The notes under the pieces were generated by a model. It ran no database searches. It worked only from the letters and a program-made list of their open reading frames with translations, and was not told the origin of the DNA. Position numbers and translations under genes: made by a program. Shown here one piece after another: positions 25,373-38,197 of a stretch of DNA of 64,000 nt. This DNA comes from the human T2T-CHM13v2.0 reference genome, Homo sapiens: assembly GCF_009914755.1 (NCBI RefSeq), contig NC_060936.1; one strand, given 5' to 3'. Each line of letters opens with the position of its first letter. Position 1 is the stretch's first letter.

Positions 25373-25553
25373 CTTCTTTCACAGCTTCCTTATCAAGTGA
25401 GTTCAGTATTTCTCTATTCTGATTTTGCTTTCCCAGTAGGGAAAAAGCATAGGCCAGCAATGCCTTGGTGTAGACATGGCTCCCATGGGTCCCCTCCTTT
25501 GCTACATTCCAGGCTGACTCCAGGCAGAACAGGGCATTGCGAACAATAGGGTT
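25373..25553 (-). CDS. PZP: PZP exon 28 ([15 protein letters not shown]...LDKEAVKE)
   Basis: AG at 25554-55, GT at 25371-72; 181 bp. Confidence 0.94.
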
Positions 25554-25964
25554 CTGTAAAGGCAAAATGTGGTTGTGTCAAACTAGGGTGAATAGAGGGC
25601 AGAGCAAGCCGAGAGCTGGATATTGACAGTCAGATGTTATTAATAGATTTCAGACAGATAGGCAGACAGCTAGATATTCATCATATTTAAATAGAAAAAT
25701 ATTTCGATCTCTTCCCTTTATAGTTCAGTCTTAAAGAATAAGACTAGAGAACGTGTTTTTAGGATTGGTTTTGATACATAGTCTATGGGCATTACTGGGC
25801 AAGTGTAAATCTCTCTTAATGCATCAACCAAAGAGCTTATCAGTCTGAGAAATCCCTCATCATTGAACCAAAAGATACTTGAGACTCAACCCTTAGCAGG
25901 GTGGCATTCCAGACAGCAAATCTACAGTTTTCATGGTAGGGAATGGGATTGAGCTGGTACCTAC

Positions 25965-26039
25965 AGTGACTGGGAGAGGAATTTCCAGAAGGGCAATAGT
26001 AACATAGGCGGAGAGGGTCGCTTCATCTTCTACACCTCC
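25965..26039 (-). CDS. PZP: PZP exon 27 ([25 protein letters not shown])
   Basis: AG at 26040-41, GT at 25963-64; 75 bp. Confidence 0.94.
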
Positions 26040-26169
26040 CTGTGAATACAACATTGATTTGATTAATTCCAGTGCCAAGTGTTAGTATATTCTCTTCTGT
26101 TGTTTGATGGAAACGCTCCTCAGTATCTGTTTCCATTCAAAGTATACCATTTCCTTCTCTCTCTCTTTC

Positions 26170-26455
26170 TCGACAGGGTCTTGCTCTGTAGCTCAGGCTG
26201 GAGTGCAGTAGCACTATCACACATGACAGCCTCAAGCTCCTAGGCTCAAGCAATTTTGCTGCCTCAGCTTGTCAAGTAGCTGCAACTACAGGCACAGGCC
26301 ACCATGCCTGGCTAATTTTGTAAAATGTTTTTTGTAGAGACTGGGTCTTGCTATGTTGCCCAGGCTAGTCTTATACTCCTGGGCTCAAGTGATCCACCTG
26401 CCTTGGCCTCCCAAAGTGCTGTGATTCTACGTGTGATCCACTGCATCTGGCCCAA
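26170..26455 (-). mobile_element. AluJ
   Basis: Diverged dimeric Alu (cagcctcaagctcctaggctcaagc). Confidence 0.85.
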
Positions 26456-26617
26456 TTTCTTCCTTCTCTGTAGAAAGTGTAATACTCTTTCCCTGATGCC
26501 ATCCCACATCATCCAGGACTTCATCTTTGCAATTTCCTTGTGCCTCCTTCCTCCCTTCACTCCTGGGGGATGTTATGTTGATGTGTGTCAGGCTCAGAAG
26601 TTTGTGGAACAGTTCAC

Positions 26618-26774
26618 CTTTATGGCATTGTTGAGCAGTGACCCAGAGCTCCTGAAACAGCCATTGTCCTTCTGCATCTGGGAGAGCCACGTGAGAGATT
26701 GGGTAATGTGTGCTTCATCAATGAAGATGTAGGATCGAGCCTGGGCGAAAGTCTTCAGTACAAAAGCTGTGAGC
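26618..26774 (-). CDS. PZP: PZP exon 26 ([12 protein letters not shown]...GSLLNNAIK)
   Basis: AG at 26775-76, GT at 26616-17; 157 bp; A2M-type LLNN. Confidence 0.94.
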
Positions 26775-27604
26775 CTAGGGGGAGGAAAAATGCAGTGCTG
26801 AGGCTCTTTTCATTGAGCACTTTACTGCTCTGTTTTGTACACACAGGCTCCCCCATCACAGTGTGCCCCCAAGAAAGTCAATCAGCTGTTACTGAGAGTT
26901 TGGAGACTTTTTCTTTTTAGCTTAGACATCTCTTTTTCTTTTTTCTTTTCTTTTCTTTTTTTTTTTTTGCTGCCACATGTTGTTCAATTCATTACCAGCT
27001 TGTCCTTGCTTCCTAAAGCATTTCTATGCCACTTCAGAGGTTCAGGTTCCTTCCAGTTTTCTTGGTTGGTTAACTAAGTCATTTGCTTTTACACTGTGGG
27101 CTCTATGAATTTATTTCCTTTCCTAGATTTCTTAGCTTACTTTCTGTAGTTTTAACTCTAATCAGCTAACTTCTAATGTTCTGCTTCAGTAAATATTTCC
27201 CTCCATCATCCTGCCCTTCCACTTTTTTCCCCTGTGTTTGCCTGTGTGGTAAAACTACAAAGAGAGAGAGAGAAAGGATATCATCTAGTAGAAGGTAGTA
27301 AGGTATGCTCTGCCAGTAATGGTTGTGGTTTTATTCTAGCATTTTTCTAACACCTCTTAGGGCTGAGCAACAATTTAAGGGGGCAAGTTACAAACCTATA
27401 ATGTTCCCTTAGCAACATGAGAAGGAAGAGGGTCTGGGTATATTGGATTAAAAAAATCAACCTAAAAGTGTTCTCAATTTTGCCACTTATTAGATGTTTG
27501 CTCCTGACACATTTATTTATCCACACTGAATATGTTTTCTCCTCTGTAAAATGAAGCTAATAACTCTCACTTCCCAGGGTAGCTATAAGAATTAAATAAG
27601 GTAA

Positions 27605-28070
27605 CATTATGGTTTAGAAATGGTTTCTCCACCAAAACTCATGTTAAAACTTAATCCCCAATGTGGTAGTATTGAGAGGTGGAGCCTTTAAGAGGTGATT
27701 GGCTCATGAGGGTTCTGCTCTCATGAATGGATGAATCTATTCCTAGATTAAAGGGCTATCATGACAGTTGGACTGGTGGCTTCATAAGAAGAGGAGGAGA
27801 TGCTAGCCCAGTCTCTACAAAGTAAAACAAAGAAAAGAAAAGAAGAGAAGGAGAGACCCAAGTGAGCCCATTCAATCCTCTAGTCATATGATGCCCTGCA
27901 TCACCGTGGGACTCCTCAGAGTCCACACCAGCAAGAAGACTCTCAACTAGATGCGGCCCCTAGACTTTTGACTTATCAGCCTTCATAGCTATAAGAAATA
28001 AATTTCTTTTCTTTATAAATTACCTAGTTTCAGGTATTCTGTTATAAGCAACAGAAAATGGACTAAGACA
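27605..28070 (+). mobile_element. MST (MaLR) solo LTR inserted in a MIR
   Basis: aaaactcatgttaaaacttaatccccaatgtgg...gcaacagaaaatggactaagaca; 5-bp TSD ggtaa (27600-04 / 28071-75). Confidence 0.8.
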
Positions 28071-28131
28071 GGTAATCTATGTGCACGTTCTGAACTCATA
28101 GTTGAAACTCAGAATAGATTTTCTTTCTTAC

Positions 28132-28219
28132 CAAGTGTTGCCCTGGTTCCTGCCATATCGTTCCCCAAAGGTGCTGTAGGAGCCATCTTGGTGTTTGTAG
28201 TTCAGCTGTCTCTGGTAAC
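28132..28219 (-). CDS. PZP: PZP exon 25 ([30 protein letters not shown])
   Basis: AG at 28220-21, GT at 28130-31; 88 bp. Confidence 0.94.
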
Positions 28220-28507
28220 CTGAAATGGAAGGCTTCAGATTGTTCATGAAGCATTAAAGAAAGGCAGGCCATCCATATGTTTAGGCTCATGCATCCAGGC
28301 GCCATGGACATTTTATGACCTTCTGTGATCTGCCATAGTTTTGTGAATGTTATGGATAGATCAAACACAACATCCTATTAGAGTGTGGGAAGATTGTTGT
28401 TTTCATAAAAATTATCATCATGGGTTAATATTTGATGATATAACTGAAGCTTAATTGGGAAAAGTTTCATTAGAGTAACAAAGTAAATTTTTCTCTGTCT
28501 CACTTAC

Positions 28508-28684
28508 CAGTGATGAGATAGCCAACGGCCTTGGCCTTGATCTCCTGCGTCAGCTGCTGGGTTTCATTCAGATAGTTCAAGACATAGATGTTAGGAGCAA
28601 ATAGGACCATGTTCTGTTCTCCACAGCCATATGGCATCTGGAGGAGATTTTGTATATTTTGCATAGCAGAACCTAATATGTCAC
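28508..28684 (-). CDS. PZP: PZP exon 24, thioester exon ([33 protein letters not shown]...YLIT)
   Basis: AG at 28685-86, GT at 28506-07; GCGEQ codons at 28614-28628. Confidence 0.96.
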
Positions 28685-28843
28685 CTGGGGAATGTGAAAG
28701 ATTAGATGTCAGAATAATTTCAGTTCATAAATAGCCAACATTATTAACAAAAATGGCCTTTATATTCAGTCTATCATTTAGGTAAGAGAAAAGTTATATA
28801 CACAGAGTGTGACTTCCAGAATCCTAATAAGAATAGCAGCTAT

Positions 28844-29129
<286 letters not shown>

Positions 29130-29224
29130 CTATCAAGAACTTGATAATTCAAATACAAATACGTAGATAAGATGTACAGTGGCAACTCTTTTGGCCCAGG
29201 TTTACTAAATGGAAGGTGACTCAC

Positions 29225-29308
29225 CCAGAACTGAGAAAGAAGCTCTGGCAGATTCTTTGACCACATTTGATGGGAGCTTCAAGGACAACTGCTCAGACAC
29301 ATTAGCAC
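29225..29308 (-). CDS. PZP: PZP exon 23 ([28 protein letters not shown])
   Basis: AG at 29309-10, GT at 29223-24; 84 bp. Confidence 0.93.
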
Positions 29309-30091
29309 CTTTAGAAACAGACAGCCCATGTTAAAGGAGGACATCTATGATTACAATATAATTTAGTGATTATAATGTAGTGAGAGCTTCAGAGCCACAC
29401 TCCCTGGATATGGTACTGGCCCTGCTTTGTGACCTTGGGTAAATTGTGATGATTTGAGGAAAAAACACATGTAAAACATTCAGAACAGTATCTGCAACAT
29501 ATTCAATTTCAACGAATGTGAGCAATTGTTATTATTGCAGTTATTTTATTATTAGAGTTAGCAGTAATATTATTATATCTCCTTGTGGAACTCTGGGTGC
29601 AAGGAATAAGAATTTGACTTAATGATGAGACTACCTTTGATAGTCTAATTGCTTTTGGCACTGTGTGACTTCCAGAGTCCTTCCTCTTCTCATTTAACTA
29701 TATTTTTGCATGGCTGTGCTCAGTAGCTTTCTAAAAGAAGCCTAAGACTTAGTGGGGGAACTATCGCTCTCCACTTTTGTAGCAATATTAAGACTTATAA
29801 CCATGATAATACAAGTTATTTTACTGCCTCCCTTACACTATATTTGAATGGATTCCCATGTTTATAAATAGATAACATGAATATACCTTAAATTAGTCCT
29901 TCTCAAATGACAAATACAGTGCTGTATACACTGTGGACATAGAACTAATAATGTGGCGGTTCTGTATAAAAGCTACAACTACTTCTTAATGATATGATGA
30001 ACTTAAATGTAAATTATTTTCTACACGGAAAACACACATTTTTAGTGAGATGGGTAGGAAATGCTATATGTTTTGTCAGCAGCTGTTTTAG

Positions 30092-30595
<504 letters not shown>

Positions 30596-30788
30596 TGAGT
30601 CACATTAACTTGCTCTCTTGGGCTCAATGTCTTCATCTGTAAAACATACATAAAGAAATATTTAGTATTATGCTGACTTTCATGGAACACTCTGAAAACT
30701 GGGAGATAAAATGAATGTGCATTGTAACTTGAGGTTTATACCCCTTTGTGGTTTTGATCTCACTATGATTATGAAGATGGACTCTTAC

Positions 30789-30840
30789 CTGAGGCACAGG
30801 TCATAGAACTGAAAGTCTTTTCTTGCTCAATACCTTCAGC
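30789..30840 (-). CDS. PZP: PZP exon 22 (AEGIEQEKTFSSMTCAS)
   Basis: AG at 30841-42, GT at 30787-88; 52 bp. Confidence 0.92.
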
Positions 30841-30956
30841 CTTGGATGAAAGGAAAGAAAAGGAGAAAAGATAGAAACATCCTGGTGACAAGAGAACCAC
30901 ATGGATTCCTTTCTTTGATGGGTAGGGTTTACACGAATGATGTTTACCATCCTACT

Positions 30957-31218
30957 CTTTTTTTCCCAACTTTTGTTTTAAGTTCAAGGGGACATGTGCA
31001 GGAGGTGCAGGTTTGTTACATAGGTAAATGTGTGCCATGGTGGTTTGCTGCACAGATCATCCCATCACCTAGGGATTAAGCCCAGCATCCACTAGCTATT
31101 CTTCCTGATGCTCTCCCTTCTGTCACTCCCACTCTCAGACAGGCCCCATATATGTTGCTCGCCTCCATGTGTCTATGTGTTTGCATCATTCAGCTCCCAC
31201 TTATAAGTGAGAACATAA
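30957..31218 (-). mobile_element. L1PA 3' fragment
   Basis: L1 3'UTR; TSD catcctact (30948-56 / 31219-27). Confidence 0.85.
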
Positions 31219-31385
31219 CATCCTACTTGTTATTGAATTATTACAAATCCATAAAACATTGAATAACCAGGGAGGGTGGTAGAGAGAAAATGGGAAGAGA
31301 TAATAAGGGCAGTAAATCAAAGCTAATGGGTATGAGAGATATGTGAATCTTAGGAGAGAGGTGGAGATCAAGAAATTGCGCTCAA

Positions 31386-31656
31386 TGTAATCCCAGCACT
31401 TTGGGAGGCCGAGAAGGGAGGATCACGAGGTCAGGAGATTGAGACCATCCTGGCTAACATGGTGAAACCCCGTCTCTACTAAAAATACAAAAAAAAAAAA
31501 AAAAAATTAGCCAGGCGCCTGTAGTCCCAGCTACTCGGGAGGCTGAGGCAGGAGAATGGCATGAACCCGGGAGGCAGAGCTTTCAGTGAGCCGAGATCGC
31601 ACCACTGCACTTCAGCCTGTGCAACAGAGCAAAACTCCGTCTCAAAAAAAAAAAAG
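31386..31656 (+). mobile_element. AluY-like, 5'-truncated, with a 12-bp right-arm deletion and an expanded middle A-tract
   Basis: TSD gaaattgc(g/a)ctcaa (31372-85 / 31657-70). Confidence 0.88.
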
Positions 31657-31858
31657 GAAATTGCACTCAAATAATTTGTGAAAAAAAATTTACAATAGCT
31701 GGCAATGTTGTCTGCTGCAATGCTTTTAGGGCAGGAAATTCCATTAGTCTTACAGGATGTATTGTGTGAGCATGATATTAATGGTTCTTTGTTGTCTCAA
31801 GAGTGACCGCCCGGTGTTGCATTCTTACAGTTGTTAGGGACTCCCAAAAATATGTTAC

Positions 31859-31980
31859 CTCCACCAACAGGGTTTTGATGACTGTGTCTTTTCTTTTAAT
31901 CTCAGGGACCTCAACAACCTCATTTCCACAGAGTTCTAAGGACTGCATTGCCTCTGCACTCACTGAGAAGTTCACATTCC
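31859..31980 (-). CDS. PZP: PZP exon 21 ([11 protein letters not shown]...IKTLLVE)
   Basis: AG at 31981-82, GT at 31857-58; 122 bp. Confidence 0.93.
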
Positions 31981-32323
31981 CTAAAACAAGGAATATTGAA
32001 AACATGAGTATCCACTTTGATAGTCCAATCACCTTTAAGGGCTGCACCTTAAACTTATAGTTGTCCAGAATAGAAAATAAGGCTAAAAAAAAAGAAACCC
32101 ACAAGGTTAATGTATACTAAGTAGCCAATGTCCAAGATAGTGATTCTGGGGACTAGCTTGGGTGAGAACAGTGGGAGGAGGTCATAGTGGATAGAAATAG
32201 GAAAAAAAACTAACTTTATAGAATTATATCTATGGCAAATAAAAGAGAGAATATGATGAAAAAAGTACTCAGACAGCCACCGTCCTTGTTGATTGATAGG
32301 CCCTTTTGGGTACTGTCACTCAC

Positions 32324-32450
32324 CCAGAGTTTTAGGAGTCACTGTCCAAGACAAGGTTTGTCTCTCATTTCCACAGATACAATAGGATTCTTCTCCCTTT
32401 GTATTTTGGGAAGCTAGGAAGGCTGGAGAGGCTTTCAGCTGCACACTGAC
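32324..32450 (-). CDS. PZP: PZP exon 20 ([11 protein letters not shown]...TVTPKTL)
   Basis: AG at 32451-52, GT at 32322-23; 127 bp. Confidence 0.93.
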
Positions 32451-33329
32451 CTATCACCCCATGTGAGGCAGAGACAGAAATGATCAGAATATGGAACGAC
32501 ACGAACACATAGAATTGGGGCCAAGTGTGAGATGCTGCAGTAAATTGGGATTTGTAAGAAAAATGTATGTCACATAGATTCATCCATGCTTTAAGAAGCA
32601 TGGCAATGGCAATGATACAAATCAAGATTGGTTGTGTATTAGGAGGATTTGGCATTTGCCTTAGGGTAGCTTGTGGACGTGCAGGCTTGGCAGTGGCAGA
32701 GGAAAGGGAAAAGCAGTGATTGTATATTGCCCTAGGGAATACTATCTGCTGCTATGTAGATTTTCATAGTTTCTTCCTTCCTTTCTTCTCCTATTTCTTA
32801 CAACATATATTACATGTCTAATCCATACAAGACATAAAACACTGGGAATGGTAGATGAGAGGCTCCCGATCTTGAGGATATTGTGTCACAAGAAAGATGA
32901 TCTATATACAACCACTATTACATAATTTACAAAGAGATAAGTGCTATAAGATAAATTAAAATTATATATTTTGGAGATTTCAAGATGACGGGTTGGAGAA
33001 TGACTCTCGTGGAACTGAGAAAGCTGAGTTGTGTGTCAGCTTCAAGAATGTTCCTGGCATATAACCTAACTTGCAGCAAAGAATTCTGCAAGCGCTAAGA
33101 AATAGAAAAGCAAGGTGTGGCTTAGAGAGCCGTGATTTAAGCACCCATAGCACATATATCATTGTATTATCTTTCTGATCATGTCCTGCTTTGCATAGCA
33201 CTAATTATTCACAGTGCTAACACACAATCCCTTGAATTATCCTTAGTCTCAGGAACAGAATCAGTAGCTGACTGATCAAAGGAATCTTTTGTTCTACCCA
33301 CCTTTCCTGTTCACCCTCATTTTCCTTAC

Positions 33330-33558
33330 CCGGATGCATTTGGGAAGGTAGTTTAGGACCGTGGCCTTGAGTGTGAAGGCCTCTCCACGAATCACAGAGT
33401 AAGGCATTGTGAGCTCCACAAAGAAGGGCTGGAAGGCTCGGAGAGAGGCAGTGGAAGAGATACCAAGTCCAGCATCTTCGGACAGGCAGAAGGCCCCTGC
33501 CTTCCACTCGGTGATGGTGTCAGGGACTGTTACTCCTACCTCAGCCACACCTGATGAG
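33330..33558 (-). CDS. PZP: PZP exon 19 ([20 protein letters not shown]...LPKCIR)
   Basis: AG at 33559-60, GT at 33328-29; 229 bp. Confidence 0.94.
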
Positions 33559-34242
33559 CTGGGGAGGAGGGCAAGTGAAGAACAGAAATAATGAATGTAA
33601 GCCACCTTTTCTCAAGTGAGAATTAATATGCATAAAGCTAACGTCAAGAACTGAATCCACTTAAGGGTATATGCGAGTGTGCATTCGTGTGAACACTAGA
33701 TTATGTCCTGGGATCTGAGTTGGGAAAATGAAAGCCACTGAATGGTACCTCTCCCCCTTATCAACAAATGATCATATCCCACATGTCTGTACTTTGAATA
33801 AAAATATTTGAATTGCGATTCATTTTAGTCCTTAACTTCCCTTGCTATTGTATAATCCCATAAATAAGCATTTTTAAGAATCATGACCAACAATTAGACC
33901 ACTGGATTAATGTAGCCTGATTTGTTTATGTGCCTGCTCCAGCCCTGATATTTACAGAAGGCTCCCTGAACGACATTAAGCAGTATATATAGAACTGAAT
34001 ATTTATAGTTCTCATGTCTACTATTTGACAGTATCAGAAATAATTATTTTAGAATTGCTCAGCACTGAGACAATTGTATTAATGAGCCTATGCAATTGCG
34101 CATTTTACTTAGGTCTATCCTAAAGAGGAAGAGGTTAAGATAATTATTCAGAACTTTTCAGGAAGATTGTCTTAGAATTGAAAATGTTGGAGGAACCACA
34201 TTCCCTCCCCTCCAGCAAATGGAGGAAAGTAAAGTTACTTAC

Positions 34243-34393
34243 TTCACTGCCACCAACTCCCAGATCCAAGTCTCAGGAAAATAGCTTCGCACCGTTTCAG
34301 GGACTGGCCCTGAACTTTGTTCATTATTTAAGGGTATCACATTATATGTGCCTAATTGAGGAACATATGGTCTCTCTACTACTCCTAGACCTG
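34243..34393 (-). CDS. PZP: PZP exon 18 (AGLGVVERPYVPQ...VRSYFPETWIWELVAVN), second half of the bait region
   Basis: TAG acceptor at 34394-96 (alternative CAG 3 nt downstream), GT at 34241-42; contains the FPETW motif. Confidence 0.92.
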
Positions 34394-35568
34394 CTAAAGT
34401 AAGAGAAAATTGTCTAGTTAGGGAAAAACATTCATTAATTTCATGGTGCACATGTGAGACGTTAGAGAACAAAATTTTCAGTTTTCCTGCTCAGACTGTC
34501 CTAAAAGTCTTGTAGAAGTTGTAGAACTTGGGAAATACTTTGTGATCCCTCATTCCCTGAAAAGAGAGGAGTCTTTGTCAAAGGTGGAAATTCTATGTAT
34601 CCTAGACATAGCATAATTTGATGTGAATGGAAGCTGGAAAAACGAGATCACTTGGAGACAGTTTTATGGGTTTTGTGGCGAAGGACCAATTTTGAAATTG
34701 AGACAGTATTGCTTCATTCTTAGAGAAACTGAGCAGGAATTGTAAAATGCTCTTTAGACATTGAGAGTGGTTGCTATACTAAAAATGAAATTACCAGTGG
34801 AGTGAACAGAATTTAATGATTTACATTAAATTACTTTTACATAAATTAAATTTACTTTAAATTACTGTATGGAACTTTGCAAAACTGTTGTTCTCTGGGA
34901 AATAAGATTAGAGCATTAGATTTTATTCCACTTATTTTTTGACATCTGAAATAAACAATTCAGTTGTCAAAAACAGATATTTCCATTTGGAATGGCTGTG
35001 TGGTTCAGACAAAGAAATCATTTACCAACGTGAGAGGGTGGAGAGCTAGACATGAAAGCAATTTTGTCCACGTTGTGCCTGAAATCATGCTTACTAATTG
35101 AATTTGATTTAAGATCTCCCTCCATGTATCCCATCTGATATTTCAGAAATACCTTGTGAAAGAATACTTACAAGGAAAAATATATTTCTAGCAATTTCAC
35201 CCTAACAGTTTTCTCCACTGAAGAAAGCATCAGTAGTAATTTCTTTAGTGAATATCATACACCTTGCCCCATGTCCTTCCAAGTGGTAACAATTTCTATC
35301 TCTGACTCTGATTTCTCACTGTTTTGTCTTCTCTGTCTTCACTCTTATCTTAAATATTGAAATATCTAAAAGGATGATGCACCTAAATGAACTATTTTCC
35401 ATTTTCTACTGGATATGTCAAGGGCCCTCCAACTCCTCCAGTTATTGCAGTTAACAAACCATGGCATTATGTGTTATTTCAACTCCATTTAGTGGACCAT
35501 GGCTATATCCTTCCTACTCTTACTGTCAACTTGACTTTCCACGTGTCCTTTCATAGTCTCTGCATCAA

Positions 35569-35771
35569 AGCTTTGTGTATCAGACCCAAGACCCTGGTGG
35601 CATGGGCTCACAAGGGTATCTCCTGATCCATGGGTTGCAGAGATCCTTGGGAGAAATGTGATTTCCCAGGCGAGGTCGCACAATCACTCACCGCTTCCCT
35701 TGGCTGGGGGTGGGGGTTCCTTCCTTTGCCCTCCCCCACCTCCACCCCTGCTGCTTTTCATTGTTCTCTGT
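35569..35771 (-). repeat. Inverted 203-bp copy of the L1 5'UTR segment 38331-38533
   Basis: Reverse-complement match with 2 mismatches; no poly(A) tail, no TSD. Confidence 0.93.
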
Positions 35772-37059
35772 AGTCATGGAAATGGCTTCATGTTGTTGAA
35801 GTTCTTATCAAGAAATTTCACAAGATATTTCAGTTTTCTTAGCTCTTTTATTTCCTCATATACCTGATTCATTTATAGCTACTAATTTCAATCCCTGTTA
35901 TGTATTCATCACACATTTTAGAAGCTCTTTTTTTCCTGAGTGTTATTATATGCCGTCAATTTTCCATCTTGAATTTAATAAATTCAAGAACATTTCCTTC
36001 CCCCCAAACCTCAATGGTTTAAACTTGAAGTTTGTTCTATGTAAATCTCATGGCTATTTTCCTTTCCCTTATTCTTTATTCTCGTTATTTATATAACATC
36101 TCAGTTACAAGACAAAATCATATTTACCATTTTTGAGAAATTGTTTGAAATTTGTGCTATCATTGAAGGTATACTTAAACAGTCCATGGCCCTTTAAAAG
36201 GTGTCATTTTCTTAATAATAAAGCTCATTTAAAGATGGATATTAATCTTAAATGCCAAGGAACATAGAAAATGCTATTTAAACAATCAAAGTTCTTAATT
36301 TGTGTTGGTGCATTATATTTAGTTATCTTATTGGGCGTTTTGCAAGGTCTTGAAGAGCCATTAGTCAAATTCCTTCAATTTATTAATGAAGGATTTGAGG
36401 CTTAGAGAGGAGATATGACACACCCACTTCACATATAGGATATCTGATTTCCAATCCGAGCATATAAATATTTGTGAGCAGATGGATGTCAGGAATATTT
36501 TGGAGAAAAAGGGAGTTGGATTCATGAGAGAGGGATGACAAATGGCTGGGTAGTGTTCAAGTGTAAGTAGACCTGGTGATGGGACAGATGTTTTAATAAG
36601 TTCAAGGGTGTTGAAAAAGGCTGCTGTATTTGAATAGTGGTTTTGGCCATGGATTATGAGATATTTCTGTGATGTTCACGTTGTTTCTTGTCACCAGTGA
36701 AGCCCTTTGTCCTTCTTTAGGTTTTTTAAAATACAGCATCCCTATGAATGTCTTTCCTGTTTCCATAATCAGAATTACTCTTTCTTTCCATTGTCAGCAT
36801 TTTCCCTCTCTTACAGTACATCAGAATCTTGTATTTTATCTGATTTTGTGCCCTGAAGTATTGGATGTATCTAAAAAAAAATCTCTGATCAGTTCTAGCT
36901 ATCACCAGCTAAGTCACCTCAGCAAGAAACAATTAATTTGAATCTTGGTTTCTTTGTGTGTATAAAGTGGAAATAGGGCTACATTACCTCATTTTAGCAT
37001 TTTGGGCATAGTAATATTGTTGGACATGAAATAAAATTAAAAGCAAATTGCTGTTTTAC

Positions 37060-37165
37060 CTCCATAGTATCCTTGACCTACTGCTCCTGCAGACACGGAA
37101 GGGATGACTGAACACGACTTTGGTTTTCGGATTTTTGAGTTAGTGAACACCTTCAATCCCATCCC
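37060..37165 (-). CDS. PZP: PZP exon 17 (GMGLKVFTNSKIRKPKSCSVIPSVSAGAVGQGYYG), first half of the bait region
   Basis: AG at 37166-67, GT at 37058-59; 106 bp. Confidence 0.93.
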
Positions 37166-37619
37166 CTGGAAAAAAATAATTGTTCAATCTACTTGTAAGC
37201 TTGATTAGAATATATAAAACATATTATCCTTAGAGACTTCTCTATGTAATTCCAGTATCCTTATATTAATTCTATGGCGAAACACTTGACAGTAAATATA
37301 GAGTAGTGAAATTACTAAACTTATGGATTATTAAGATTTTATTCTTTATTCATTATTTTTTGGTTTGCAAAAAAAAAACCTAAATATAACTAAAAAGTAT
37401 CCAGATGAATAGGCAGAGGTTAGATCTAGCCCTGACTCACATACTGAGCTTTTGTGTGATCCTCACAAGAGACTTTAACCTTTTTATTGGCTTCATTTTT
37501 CTCTGCTGAAAAATGGAGAGGCAAGGCTACATAATTACTAAGATTATGAATAGATACAGAGTTTTATTAACATTCAAAAACTCACAAGCCAGCATGTTAA
37601 TAAGTAGTGAGAATTTTAC

Positions 37620-37781
37620 CTTGAGGAAGCTATAAATATCTGCTTCATTACTTGATAAGGGAACATAGATGGCTCCATTATGAATGAAGAAAGGACGGGG
37701 ACAGTGTCCTTGTTCTTCCTCCTGCTGGTCCACATTGTCAGGAAAATTGGTGAGATCCTTCACAGTTAGCAGATTATATAC
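37620..37781 (-). CDS. PZP: PZP exon 16 (VYNLLTVKDLTNFPD...DIYSFLK)
   Basis: AG at 37782-83, GT at 37618-19; 162 bp. Confidence 0.93.
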
Positions 37782-38197
37782 CTGTAGCAGTGGGGGGATC
37801 AAAGGCAGAACTGTTACTTACTTTTCTTTTGAAATAGAATGAACTGAGAGAAATAAAATAATTATCACCAATCTTTTCTTGAGTACGTTCATGTAGTTGG
37901 TACCTTAGAGATAGTTGAAGATTTTCCTTATATTTAACAGTGTTGTTTTGTTATAAAGAAATGAAACCTACTTGGGAAAATGCTTCCAAAGATTAACAAA
38001 ATCTTAAGTTATGAAGGATTAATTAAAACTTCATTGTAGAGTCTAGAGGTAAAAATAGACCAAATATAGAAAGACGACCTAACTTGCATCTGTGTTTAAT
38101 TAATACATAATGCCCTGAGGAATTTAGCTACATATTATTATTGCCACCTGTTAAACATCTATGTCTACTCAGGCTTATTCTCAGACAGAAAATCGTA

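Noticed and set aside
31500-31530. 12-bp Alu deletion as an AluYd diagnostic
   Set aside because: As I recall, the Yd deletion is in the left arm. This one is a right-arm slippage between GGCG repeats.
34400-37050. Hidden alternative bait-region exons in intron 17
   Set aside because: I found no AG/GT-bounded open segment with bait or FPETW similarity by eye. ORF 35489-35683 largely derives from the inverted L1 copy.
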